From a virus (Duplodnaviria; Caudoviricetes), in the IMG/VR virus record IMGVR_UViG_3300031825_000011, positions 1 to 60,647 of that record: DNA of 60,647 nt, one strand, 5' to 3'. Position numbers and translations under genes: made by a program. This document shows, in pieces, positions 1 to 9,467 of this stretch (position 1 is its first letter; each line of letters opens with the position of its first letter). The notes beneath the pieces are model-generated. The model was not told the origin of the DNA. It saw only the letters and a list, made by a program, of their open reading frames with translations, and ran no database searches.

Positions 1-236
1 ATAGTATTTTCAGCAGCATCCTTGCTATCAAATGTTTCAAGGATTCTGTTATCAGCCAAAATTGCGTAATAGGCTGGCTCACACTTCTCAATAGGCTGCT
101 GTGATGTGTAATAGTTATAAACTCCATCAGCTTCTGGAATATTTACAAACTCTTGATTTCGGCAGTAATTGCCTTTTTCATCGTGCCATACTTTTACTAT
201 AAAATCTGGCTCACACTTCTCTAATTTTTTATCCAT
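1..236 (-). CDS. Early hypothetical protein, N-terminal part; runs off the window start and probably continues at the window end
   Basis: ATG at 236 overlaps the HNH stop; open to position 1 (MDKKLEKCEPDF...DAAENT); internal EKCEP duplication. Confidence 0.55.
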   Translation of the reverse strand, partial: MDKKLEKCEPDFIVKVWHDEKGNYCRNQEFVNIPEADGVYNYYTSQQPIEKCEPAYYAILADNRILETFDSKDAAENT

Positions 237-765
237 GATTAGCAAACTCCCCATGTAGTTTTAAGGCGGCATCTTCTCTAGCAGATTTAGCATCTTCAAT
301 ATTTTTAAAACACCCTAATGTAATTTGTTTGCCACCATTAGAAATGACAGCAACATAATGTTTATCTCTTTCAACGTATTTAACGCCTTTTATGCCTGTT
401 TTATTGTCTTTTCTGCGTTTTGCATTTCTTTGATTTTCTTCCCTACTGGCAGCCCTTAAATTACATATTCTGTTGTCATCCCTAACGCCATTTATGTGGT
501 CAATAAATTTATCTGATATATCACCATGAACTAAGCTATAAGCAACTCTATGAGCTAAATAATTTTTATTATTAAAATTAATTTCCCTGTACCCGTGTCT
601 GTTTATATTTCCAGCAATTTTTCCAGCTTTCGCTCTTCCTATACTTAATTTCCATGTAAAAATTCCAGTTTCATGGTTGTAATCTATCCACTTACTTAAA
701 ATTTCAGTATCAATTTTATTTGCCACAGTTTTCTTTAATGCTTCCTGTACGGTTACGTTACTCAT
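229..765 (-). CDS. HNH homing endonuclease with C-terminal AP2-like DNA-binding domain
   Basis: AHRVAY...IDHINGVRDDNRICNLR motif followed by NKTGIKGV...LGCF...A..AR..AA..LHGEFA; AT-rich relative to neighbours. Confidence 0.9.
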   Translation of the reverse strand: MSNVTVQEALKKTVANKIDTEILSKWIDYNHETGIFTWKLSIGRAKAGKIAGNINRHGYREINFNNKNYLAHRVAYSLVHGDISDKFIDHINGVRDDNRICNLRAASREENQRNAKRRKDNKTGIKGVKYVERDKHYVAVISNGGKQITLGCFKNIEDAKSAREDAALKLHGEFANHG

Positions 766-824
766 GATTTTTTCCTATCTTTAAAAACCATCTGGTTAAT
801 AAGATTTATGGGCTTGGCGTTGCA

Positions 825-1211
825 CTATGCGGACTCTGCTAGGTCATCGGCAGTTATTTTATGCTCGGTAGATAAGCCAGTTGATTCCCAATACCTACCT
901 GTCACGTGTCGTTTAGCCCAATCATGAAGCAATGTTTTAAGATTGTCTTTTGCCTCTTTAGTAACATCGGCGAATGGGGATGCATCCTCGCATCTTATGT
1001 TGTCGTACAAGTATTCATCTGCTCGTTCAAGGATATTGTCAACGTCAAGATATTGAGTAAAATCTACCGCTTCAAATTCGCAACTGTAATAAGTGCTTCC
1101 TAATTCCAAATTACCATCACAATCAAGCGCATCAATAACTTCACCAATGTCTGAATAGGAAAAGTCCTCTTCATTTATGCTATAGAAAACTTGCTTTACT
1201 TTTTCGCTCAT
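825..1211 (-). CDS. Hypothetical acidic phage protein
   Basis: 128-aa ORF with GAGG RBS, co-oriented with the early left operon. Confidence 0.7.
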   Translation of the reverse strand: MSEKVKQVFYSINEEDFSYSDIGEVIDALDCDGNLELGSTYYSCEFEAVDFTQYLDVDNILERADEYLYDNIRCEDASPFADVTKEAKDNLKTLLHDWAKRHVTGRYWESTGLSTEHKITADDLAESA

Positions 1212-1303
1212 AATTCATTTCCTCTCGTATAAGTGCCAATTAATTGCGCTAAACTAATTAAAATAAATAGGGCTTGATTCTTTACGTGAATCACTCGGTA
1301 TCA

Positions 1304-1387
1304 TCACAACCAGGGTGTGCGCTTTTGTTCTGCCCGATCACGTCTTGCGTTTCGCTTATTACCTTTTGCAGATTTATGCTTTGCCAT
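1304..1387 (-). CDS. Small basic peptide (27 aa)
   Basis: AAGGA RBS; MAKHKSAKGNKRNARRDRAEQKRTPWL. Confidence 0.4.
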   Translation of the reverse strand: MAKHKSAKGNKRNARRDRAEQKRTPWL

Positions 1388-1479
1388 GATATTTCCTTTA
1401 TAAAAAACCCTACCTGCCTCGCTTATGCTTCCGTATGTTCAAGAAGTGTTACCAAGCCTCGCAGAATCGGGATAAACAT

Positions 1480-2073
1480 TTATGCCTCTTTAACGGCAAA
1501 ATAAATATCACGGCACGCAAGCACGTCAGCCATCGCCGTATGCGCGTCATCAAATCCCCTACCAAAGAAATGCTGGTACGCTTCGGTAAGGTTCGGTGTT
1601 TTATTAAAGTTTTTCTTTGCTGCGATCATCTTTTCGGTAGGTGGTAGATTGCACAGTTTTGTTGACAGCCTGGCTGTACATTCAGCCTCGCCAGCTTTCC
1701 ATACATCAGCCAGTTCGTTCCCCATGTAGCGCTTGGCTGCAATGCGGATAATCCTTGCATCAAACTGTTCGTTGTGGCCTATGCGTAAGCGGCTGCCAAC
1801 CAAATCAATCAGTATGCTGGTGGCATCAGCCTCACTTACACCAACGTCCAAGGCATACTCTTGTGTGATGCCGTGTATTTCCGTAATTTCCGGTGTAATA
1901 ACCCATCCGTCAGGCTTGATAATCAAGTCAATCGCCTGAATGGTTTTTTTGCTTTCCAAATCCACCAAGATCGCGGCCAACTGAACAATGTGCGGCTGGC
2001 GTGGGTCGTCTGACGGCTCTGAATACAATGGCAATCCGGTTGTTTCGGTGTCATAAAATGCGGCGAGTTTCAT
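1480..2073 (-). CDS. DEDDh 3'-5' exonuclease (DnaQ-like)
   Basis: ExoI FYDTETTG, ExoII GHNEQFD and ExoIII AHTAMADV motifs. Confidence 0.9.
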   Translation of the reverse strand: MKLAAFYDTETTGLPLYSEPSDDPRQPHIVQLAAILVDLESKKTIQAIDLIIKPDGWVITPEITEIHGITQEYALDVGVSEADATSILIDLVGSRLRIGHNEQFDARIIRIAAKRYMGNELADVWKAGEAECTARLSTKLCNLPPTEKMIAAKKNFNKTPNLTEAYQHFFGRGFDDAHTAMADVLACRDIYFAVKEA

Positions 2074-2284
2074 TAAAGTTTTCCTTTTTAAATACCCAAT
2101 GCCTTGCGTGGGTTAATGTAAGTGCCAATTTTGTGCGGTTGCCTTACGGTCATAAAAAACATTCCATCATCAGGGTATGTATTAAAACCAACCTGCTTAG
2201 ATACCCTGCAGCTAATGCACTTGTATTGCACGCCCCCTGTAAGCGGATTGTTTTTTACACGCTTAATCAGAAGGCGGTACATGG

Positions 2285-3988
2285 TTATGCAGCTTTCGCT
2301 TGTGCAAATGACTGTGTTAGCCAGCGCTGTGCTGTTGGCTTATCAACGCTATAGGTAGTAGCTACCAAGTTAATAATTGCTTCGGCGGTAGGGCGCTTAC
2401 CGATATTAGTAACCACCGTTTTATCTTCACCGGCAGCAGGATCAACACCAATAACGTGCTTGCTAAAGTCGGCTTCATTGATCAGGTTATTGATGGGTGA
2501 GTTTGATAAATCAGCAGCACCAGGCTTTTGCTTAAATTCTTCTTTGGCGGCAATTTCTAGCTTGGCATTAAATTCAGCTTGTCTTGCTGCCGCATCAGCT
2601 TCCACTTTCGCACGAATAGCTATGGCTTTTTCTGCCGCTTCCTGCAGCGCCTTTTCATGCTCGGCAATACGCGCATTCACTGCCAATTTAAAGTCATCAG
2701 CCTGTTTGTAAATCAGAGTTTGCAGATCAGCAAAAATCGGGAATTGGCAATCCAGTGACTTAAACCATGTGAGTTTTGCGCGTAGGTCTTTAGCCAGGTT
2801 ATTTACATGAAGTTCAGCATTAGCCAGCAGGTCATTGATTGCGCCCTGCATACTGTCATAGTTGCGTTTACCTTTAATGGTATTGGCAAAGTCCGGTGTT
2901 GTTTCCAGTATGCGAATCGGTGCGGTTTCTGCTTCAAGTGCTGCGATGATGCCGGTGAATTTCTCTTTCGCCTCGGTGATCATCTTGGTTTTCTTGATTT
3001 TGTCTTGCGTTTCAACGTCACTTTCGAGTTTTAGTGCAGTCTTACGCATATCCTCGCACCAAGCATCAATCATGCGTGCAGCTTCGCCTACGGTAACAGT
3101 CTGTGACAGCATGGCCTCTTTCGCTTGCTTGGCCTGTTCAATGCTATCGCGCAAGTGTTTGGCTGCGGCTTTAGCGTCTACAAAGTCTTGGTCAGTCACT
3201 AACTGGATTGCACGCACGTCAGACAGACGTTTAGCCAGTGCTTGCCCGTACTCTTTCATGTTGTTGGTGGTAATCTCGCCTACGGCCTGTATGAATAGGG
3301 TAGGTAAGCCTTCGATTGTTTTGGCTTCCAGTTTTTCAGCGACAACCGGCGGCGTGTAATTGGCAAGGTCACGGTGAAACTGCGCCCAAATATCAATTAC
3401 AGCCTGTTTGCGTTCCGGCGTGGTGGTGTACCATAGGTGCTTGGCTTCAATCAGGTTGTAATAAGTCGTGACTTCTACACCATCAATGATTTCAACCAGT
3501 ACGTGTTCGGTAGGTGTCTGTGACTTTTCCCACTTGGTTGCACTAAATAGCGTGGTGTCTATTCCGGCAATCAGGCATTGCTGATCCATCTGCAATTTAT
3601 AATGCTCGTCCAGGTCATCACCGGTTTCGCAGGCGCGAATCTCGTCATTGAGTGCTTTATGTTCCCAATTCAGATCGTAATTTAGGGTTAGTCCGTCAAA
3701 CGAGGCGCTTAATGCACCATCGGACGCAGTAATCGGGTACAGTTCACCATCAATCACGGCTTCTGCCAATGGTCGCGCTAACGCTTCGGCGCGGTGTCCG
3801 TCATCAAAACGTTTCTGTGTGGCTGCGTCCACTTCCGCACGCAAGCCGGTAGCGTACTGGTGCTGCAATGCGGCACGGCTTTTGTATTTGCTCTTGCTTG
3901 CGGCGGCTGATACTTCGCTGGCATTGTCGTATTGTTCACGGTGGGCGTGCCATTCAGGCGACCCCTGTACTAAGTTATGGATAATCAT
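2285..3988 (-). CDS. YqaJ/lambda-exonuclease-like recombination nuclease with long coiled-coil C-terminus
   Basis: QGSPEWH, ASE, GH..E, SASFDG, EHK and Y..Q.QQ motifs; adjacent to RecT/Bet. Confidence 0.85.
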   Translation of the reverse strand: MIIHNLVQGSPEWHAHREQYDNASEVSAAASKSKYKSRAALQHQYATGLRAEVDAATQKRFDDGHRAEALARPLAEAVIDGELYPITASDGALSASFDGLTLNYDLNWEHKALNDEIRACETGDDLDEHYKLQMDQQCLIAGIDTTLFSATKWEKSQTPTEHVLVEIIDGVEVTTYYNLIEAKHLWYTTTPERKQAVIDIWAQFHRDLANYTPPVVAEKLEAKTIEGLPTLFIQAVGEITTNNMKEYGQALAKRLSDVRAIQLVTDQDFVDAKAAAKHLRDSIEQAKQAKEAMLSQTVTVGEAARMIDAWCEDMRKTALKLESDVETQDKIKKTKMITEAKEKFTGIIAALEAETAPIRILETTPDFANTIKGKRNYDSMQGAINDLLANAELHVNNLAKDLRAKLTWFKSLDCQFPIFADLQTLIYKQADDFKLAVNARIAEHEKALQEAAEKAIAIRAKVEADAAARQAEFNAKLEIAAKEEFKQKPGAADLSNSPINNLINEADFSKHVIGVDPAAGEDKTVVTNIGKRPTAEAIINLVATTYSVDKPTAQRWLTQSFAQAKAA

Positions 3989-3990
3989 GA

Positions 3991-4953
3991 TTAAGCTACC
4001 TCTCTTTGTTCAGTGCTTTCGTAGTCATTCAGAAAGTCATCTGCTGGTGGTACTTCTGTAAAATCAGCCTCGATCACTTCCAACTGTTTAGCCCATGCTT
4101 CAATCGTTTGTTTCTGTGGTTCTGTCAGCAAGTAACGTGTCTGCAGTTGGTTAATTAAACCGGCTGGTGTTTTCTTACCGCTAGTCACTGCCTCTTTCCA
4201 TGCAGATTCATTCTTGCTGAAATTGGCATCGGTGCAGAATGGCAGGGTTGGCTTCTCGGCAGGCTTTTGTGCTGCGTTAGCATTTTGACTATCCTGCTGT
4301 GGCGTAATGTCAATTTCCTTGCCTTCCATTTCCTCGGCGGTAGGCATTGAACCTAATTCTGGGAATGCTTTACGCAACGCCTGCGCCTCGGCACACTTGG
4401 CTAACTGTGCATAAGGGCGCTTTTTCCACATAGAGTTTGGCTGTGCGCTATCTTTTGATGCAGTCGCATAGTTCTCAAGCCAAAGTTCTTTGGCGTGATA
4501 TTCTGCGATCATGCCGTTTGGCATCAATTTACGAACAGTCACTTTGCACCATTTAGGATAGGTAACAGTTACAGCTTCACGGGCTTTATTGGCTTTCTCG
4601 TATTTGTCGTAATAGCTTTCTGCTTCAAATACCTGTTTAACATCATCGCCAAATACCGGTTCATCAATACCAGCCATTTCACCGCTACGGCTGGCCTGTG
4701 TTCTGTATAAGCCAATGCCAGGCATTACTACATCGCGCATTTCTCTGGCTTTACTGTCATACATCGGTACAAGATGAACAGGCTTTTGCATAATATCCAA
4801 GCCTGCAGCCTTGCAGTAGTTCACTGCCATTTTGATGCTCTCGTCTTTAGCGCCTACATATAAAGACGATCTAAGCACGCCCATTAATTCTGTTTCTGAC
4901 ATACTTAGCGCTGGCAAAGATGCTACCGGCTTCATTTGAATTGCTGTACTCAT
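3991..4953 (-). CDS. bet: Single-strand annealing recombinase (RecT/Bet family)
   Basis: YCKAAGLD..QKPVHLVP, PGIGLYR..A.RSG and W...P..QLAKCAEAQALRKAFP motifs. Confidence 0.9.
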   Translation of the reverse strand: MSTAIQMKPVASLPALSMSETELMGVLRSSLYVGAKDESIKMAVNYCKAAGLDIMQKPVHLVPMYDSKAREMRDVVMPGIGLYRTQASRSGEMAGIDEPVFGDDVKQVFEAESYYDKYEKANKAREAVTVTYPKWCKVTVRKLMPNGMIAEYHAKELWLENYATASKDSAQPNSMWKKRPYAQLAKCAEAQALRKAFPELGSMPTAEEMEGKEIDITPQQDSQNANAAQKPAEKPTLPFCTDANFSKNESAWKEAVTSGKKTPAGLINQLQTRYLLTEPQKQTIEAWAKQLEVIEADFTEVPPADDFLNDYESTEQREVA

Positions 4954-5277
4954 TTGAATACTCCTTACTTATTTTTCAAAGCATTGTTCAAAGCACGCAG
5001 TTTGGTATGTACCAATTTATTGCCGTGCTTCACTGTGCTGTAATATTTATAATCGTCAATCACTCTGATGACGTACTTAAAAGCCAATAGCGCCAAACCA
5101 CCGCTAAGAAAGCCGAAGAAAAGTCCTAAGTAAAACTGGTTCATTGATATATCCTCACTAAAGTTAAGCTGAATAAAGCTACGGTTACTGCTACTGCCAT
5201 CGCCACCTTCACGAATTTGAACTTCTGTTTCTGCAGCCTGGTTACTGGCTGATGTTTAAAATCCACCATAAAATTGC

Positions 5278-6332
5278 TCATTTTGTTTTCCAATCTATGA
5301 TTGCCACTTGGTCGTCATGTAATTTGCAAGGCATCGTTGCTACTGATTCGTTAAAGTAAACCTTGCACCAGCGCTCTTGCTTTGCCAGTTCTGCATCACG
5401 CCATCCAACATAAGTAGATGCGCCAAGGATTAATAAGCCAAGTGCCGCAGCTTCAATAATGGTTCTGGTCATTTCTTCCCCCACAAAATCGCACCAAAAA
5501 TTGACATTAGGGCTACATAGATTAGAAATAAAAGATCATGAACACTAAGAATGTCTGAAATGCTCATTTCATCACCTCGGCAGATTTAAGTTTTCCGGTT
5601 TCACCATCAAAGGTCAGTTTTAGATTAAAACTACCGTCATCACCGCTATTCCAAGACACAATATCCACCCCCTCATTGATTAGAGCGCGAACACTTCTAA
5701 GTAAAATAAGGTCAGGTTTTTGTTCTTGCTTAACTCTGTACTCACTATTCTCAAACCATGCTGGTTTAAATCCGCAATTAATCCATGCGTCATCACCAGG
5801 GTCGCGGTATTGAATTTCAGCACCATCAGCCCACGCTTTAATCACTTCACAATGTTTTTGCTTCATTTCTTCCCCCTAACAATCACATCAAGTGACACGG
5901 TATGCAGATGCTTCTTTTCCTGCTCACGTACATTAGAAATTTGATAGTCGTTATGTGCGGCATAACCGATACCGATCCAGCCGCAGGAACATAGCGGTGT
6001 AATGGTTTCCAAAATGCCAGTGCCTTTTACGTCACGATGCAGAATGTGTGCGTTCATAATGGATTCCTCAAAGGCACAGAATTGTCAGGTGCGAATAAAC
6101 CGCTGATGGCATACTCAACATAAGGATTGAATGGCGCACTGGTTTCCTGATCAGCTTGCGTTGCGTTATAAAGTTCGCGGCAGGCTTTGCTATCTAGTCT
6201 GTGCGGATGGGAATACGCACCGCACCGGCAGGTCATTTGTTCGCGCTTGATTCTGTTGATGTTGGTATTCATATCAATCACCTTATTTGTTTGGGTAATT
6301 GCGTAAATCCAAGAACGCCCAATGCGCATCAC
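5278..6332 (-). other. Cluster of short early-left hypothetical genes (5278-5484, 5564-5866, 5863-6057, 6054-6332)
   Basis: Co-oriented, overlapping start/stop ORFs downstream of the PL region. Confidence 0.65.
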
Positions 6333-6443
6333 AATGTCCAGTTAGTATTGCGAACTGTTTAAATGACATTTGACGCACTGCTTTTAATCTAGGCCATACT
6401 GTTTTCATTTTGCTCACCGTTTGTTTCGTCAGTGATGTAACAA

Positions 6444-6500
6444 TAGCAAATTGCTAAAGCTATTGTCAATAGCAAAATGCTATCAGATAGCAAAATAATT
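6444..6500. promoter_or_regulatory. OL operator cluster (TAGC-N5-GCTA palindromes) / PL region
   Basis: TAGCAAATTGCTA 6444-6456, TAGCAAAATGCTA 6470-6482, degenerate copy 6488-6500; same motif recurs between cI and cro. Confidence 0.75.
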
Positions 6501-6533
6501 GAAAATAATTTTTTGTGCAGGAAATTTAGGCGT

Positions 6534-6557
6534 AAAAAAACCGCCGAACGGCGGTTT
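6534..6557 (-). terminator. Intrinsic terminator of the cI transcript
   Basis: AAAAAAA-CCGCC-GAAC-GGCGG-TTT hairpin; T7 tail on the minus strand. Confidence 0.8.
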
Positions 6558-6578
6558 GAATAGGTTAAGAAATGTAAA

Positions 6579-6743
6579 TTATTTTTCTATAGTTGGTCTT
6601 ACTATTAGCAATTCATAAGCAATAGCAAAACCGAAGGTCATTAAAAGCACGGGCAGACCGGTAATATTATACGATCCGATTATGATCAGGTTCACCAGTA
6701 TTACTAGCGCACCGAATATTCTTAATTTGGTTGATTTTTTCAT
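6579..6743 (-). CDS. Small two-TM membrane protein translationally coupled to cI
   Basis: ATG overlaps the cI stop (TAATG); two hydrophobic segments. Confidence 0.65.
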   Translation of the reverse strand: MKKSTKLRIFGALVILVNLIIIGSYNITGLPVLLMTFGFAIAYELLIVRPTIEK

Positions 6744-7438
6744 TAAACTTTCCTTCCGTTCCACACCCAAAGCACACGGCCTTTAACTTCGACTTCATAT
6801 TCCCCGTTAAGAACATCAACTGTTTTAACGCTAGGGTTGTCGCTGCTGACTTCAAAGAGGCCGTCTAATCGCTGTCGCACTCTTTTGATAAATAGCCTGC
6901 CGTGGGTTTGCAGCACATATACCTTACCATCCATCACCAACTGGTCGCCGGTGTCCACCATTAATATGTCACCCTCAACAAATGTTGGAAACATTGAATC
7001 GCCTACCGCATGAATGAAAGCCAAATTATCTTGGCCTGTATATGGTCTTAACATTTTATCCGCCCAAATTTTATTAATTTTGAGAACGTCTATCACGTAT
7101 TCATGAGTTTGAGCCGACCCATCACCCATACTGGCTACTGCATTCAACAATGGAATGTTAATAATGCCTTCTTCCACACTTACTTCCGTTCCCATTACTT
7201 GCAGATTGGAATCGTGTTGTGCATCAAGCCATCCGGCAGGCACTTTCGCACCTAATTCAAGTTTCCTGGCTAACTTATCCCCAATTCCACGCGCGACCCC
7301 TGTGCTTGAAGGCACTTTATTAAGTATCTGACTAAGATAAGACGGGTTCGTATCGCATAGTTTCGCAACAGCAGCAATCGTGCCGAACTTATCGACCAGT
7401 ATTTTTAAATTCTCTATACGAATTTCATTATTAAGCAT
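6743..7438 (-). CDS. cI: CI-like repressor (HTH + S24 peptidase)
   Basis: N-terminal HTH (PSYLSQI), GDSMFP catalytic Ser and FIKRV Lys; divergent from cro; start placed at MLNNEIR. Confidence 0.93.
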   Translation of the reverse strand: MLNNEIRIENLKILVDKFGTIAAVAKLCDTNPSYLSQILNKVPSSTGVARGIGDKLARKLELGAKVPAGWLDAQHDSNLQVMGTEVSVEEGIINIPLLNAVASMGDGSAQTHEYVIDVLKINKIWADKMLRPYTGQDNLAFIHAVGDSMFPTFVEGDILMVDTGDQLVMDGKVYVLQTHGRLFIKRVRQRLDGLFEVSSDNPSVKTVDVLNGEYEVEVKGRVLWVWNGRKV

Positions 7439-7448
7439 ACCAATACCA

Positions 7449-7527
7449 TAGCAAAAAGCTAGTGTTTTATGAATGTGCAAATTGCTATTACTTTTTGCTT
7501 GCATTTGCATTAGCAATTTGCTATCTT
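7449..7527. promoter_or_regulatory. OR operators and PR promoter
   Basis: TAGCAAAAAGCTA 7449-7461, GTGCAAATTGCTA 7475-7487, TAGCAATTTGCTA 7511-7523; TTGCAT(7499)-17 bp-TATCTT(7522). Confidence 0.75.
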
Positions 7528-7533
7528 ATGCAA

Positions 7534-7761
7534 ATGGAACTTAAAAAATATATAGAACTTGAACGAGGGAACGCTGCAAAACTTGCCAGAAAGATAGGTG
7601 CGCACGCGCCTGATGTATTTGGGTGGGCTTCTGGCATTAGACCCGTTCCCCACAAATACGGTGCTGCAATCGAAAAAGCTACCGATGGCAAAGTAACACG
7701 TAAAGAACTTTTCCCGAATGACTGGCAAGCGATCTGGCCTGAATTGTTGCCAGCCGCTTAA
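7534..7761 (+). CDS. cro: Cro-like regulator (YdaS family HTH)
   Basis: AKLARKIG...W.SG.RPVP....AIEKATDGKVTRKEL.P motif; divergent from cI. Confidence 0.88.
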   Translation: MELKKYIELERGNAAKLARKIGAHAPDVFGWASGIRPVPHKYGAAIEKATDGKVTRKELFPNDWQAIWPELLPAA

Positions 7762-7795
7762 TACTGTTTTTTTTATTTTTTGATACGAGGTTTCT

Positions 7796-8056
7796 ATGGA
7801 CACCAAGTTTTCACGCAGCGGCAATACCGGCGCTAATGGCAAGTTGGATTGTGAAGTGAAAATCCGTTTTGACGCACATACTGAATCAGCGCTGCTAAAA
7901 AAAGCGCGTGAAACCGGTATGAATAAATCTGAATGTGGGCGTTTGCTTATCATGATTGGGTTGTTTGGTCTTGACTATGTAATCAGCTTACAGCAATCAA
8001 AAATTGAATTGGTGGCCGGAATAGGGGCGAATGAGGGGAGCGATCATGCGCACTAA
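7796..8056 (+). CDS. Putative regulator in the cII position (ribbon-helix-helix-like)
   Basis: VKIRFD...L.KKA...GMNKSE..R pattern; GAGG RBS; position after cro. Confidence 0.5.
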   Translation: MDTKFSRSGNTGANGKLDCEVKIRFDAHTESALLKKARETGMNKSECGRLLIMIGLFGLDYVISLQQSKIELVAGIGANEGSDHAH

Positions 8057-8321
8057 TATTACCGATACTTCACTGGACGCATTCAGCGACCTTAAAAAAT
8101 CCAACACACTGCAACAGCAGCAACGCCAGATCATCAACGTCATGATTCCTGAACGTACTTATACGCGCCGTGAATTGGCTTTGTATTCCGGCCTTGAAAC
8201 TTCAACCGTATCAGCCAGGGTTAATTCAATGATTGATATTCATATTGAGGTGGTGGGTAAAAAGAAAGACCCGTTCACTAGCAAAAATGTAGAAGCGCTG
8301 ATGCTGAAAGTGGCAGCTTAA
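8046..8321 (+). CDS. Winged-HTH DNA-binding protein
   Basis: TRRELA..SGLETSTVSARVNSM HTH. Confidence 0.65.
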   Translation: MRTNITDTSLDAFSDLKKSNTLQQQQRQIINVMIPERTYTRRELALYSGLETSTVSARVNSMIDIHIEVVGKKKDPFTSKNVEALMLKVAA

Positions 8322-8419
8322 ATGTTTATCAATGCTGGCAAGGTCGATCAACCTTTTACTGTGATTCAAGCCCACGGTATGCGCCAGCACCCTTTTTCTG
8401 GCTTGATGCAAGGCTTGGT

Positions 8420-9259
8420 ATGAATTTCTATAAACGTTATGTAGGGGATATTCAGCGCGACACAGGGCATCTATCCCTTGCTGAATTTGGTGCGTATGAC
8501 CGCCTGCTTGATCATTACTATGCGACTGAAACGGCATTGCCAGCAGATATAGATGCGTGCTGCAGGATAGCCAGGGCAATGACTAAGGATGAACGTAAGG
8601 CTGTCATCAGTATATTGAACCAGTATTTCAATTCAACTGAACAAGGTTATGTTCAAAAAAGAGCCGACAAAGAAATAGCAGAAGCAAAACCTGCAATGGT
8701 AGCCGCTAGGTTAAATGGCATCAAAGGTGGCAGACCCAAGAAGGAAAAAAACGAAACCCAAGAAAAACCCAATGGGTTTTCAGAAAATAACCCAAGTGAA
8801 ACCCAACACGAAACCTCACCAGAGCCAGAGCCATATAAACCAAATGAATTAACACACAGTAAAGAAACTGGAAAGAGTAATGAGCCATCACAAGCCGCTT
8901 CCGTGTGTTTAGAACTTAAAAATCTTAACTTCCTTGATGTAAACCCATCCCATCCATTGCTGGTAGCCATGCTTGATGCAGGCGCTACTGTGCAGGAATT
9001 TGTTGACGCAGCCAAAACAGCGAATGTTAAGAAATTTCCGTATGTGCTGAAAATGGTTGAAGGAATGCGGAAAGAGGCCGCAGCCAGAAATGTTACCAAA
9101 GGCAATTTTGCAGAAGCGCACAAACGAAATGCTTGGCGCAATAGTGAAGCGCAGATTGTTGAAAAAGCCAAAGAACTTGGAATTGGCACGATGGGGAAAG
9201 GTAAGTTTGAATTGATTGCAGCAATCGACAAAAAACTTGAGCAGAAAGAGAGTGCATAA
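8420..9259 (+). CDS. Replication initiator-like protein (YdaU/DUF1376 family)
   Basis: N-terminal MNFYKRYVGD..RDT.HLSL.E.GAY..LLD.YY and NG.KGGRP motifs; replication-module position. Confidence 0.85.
   Translation: MNFYKRYVGDIQRDTGHLSLAEFGAYDRLLDHYYATETALPADIDACCRIARAMTKDERKAVISILNQYFNSTEQGYVQKRADKEIAEAKPAMVAARLNGIKGGRPKKEKNETQEKPNGFSENNPSETQHETSPEPEPYKPNELTHSKETGKSNEPSQAASVCLELKNLNFLDVNPSHPLLVAMLDAGATVQEFVDAAKTANVKKFPYVLKMVEGMRKEAAARNVTKGNFAEAHKRNAWRNSEAQIVEKAKELGIGTMGKGKFELIAAIDKKLEQKESA
8734..8815 (+). repeat. Iteron-like AACCCAA repeats; candidate replication origin inside the initiator gene
   Basis: About five (A)ACCCAA copies plus the AAAACCC-AAT-GGGTTTT inverted repeat; lambda-like intragenic ori position. 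Confidence 0.5.
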
Positions 9260-9262
9260 ATC

Positions 9263-9467
9263 ATGGCTAAAACTATTTCAGATTCAGTATTAATCAACCT
9301 AGCACCAAAAACCTATTACCGCCCAACTGATATTGCTGTGCAGATGGGTATTGATAACAGCGTTGCCGGTACTGCCTTGCGTGAATTGGCGCGAGGGGGG
9401 GGTAATTGAGCGTGTTAAAGAAAAGCAACGTGTGGTTTACATCACCAAGCAGGAAAGACTGTTTTGA
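9263..9467 (+). pseudogene. Winged-HTH gene frameshifted at a G8 tract
   Basis: As read, stops at ...RGGGN*; with G7 it reads LRELARGGVIERVKEKQRVVY...LF* and its stop overlaps the next TTG start. Confidence 0.6.

Noticed and set aside
8653-9297. 214-aa antisense ORF over the replication gene
   Set aside because: Shadow ORF rich in S/F/L with no motifs
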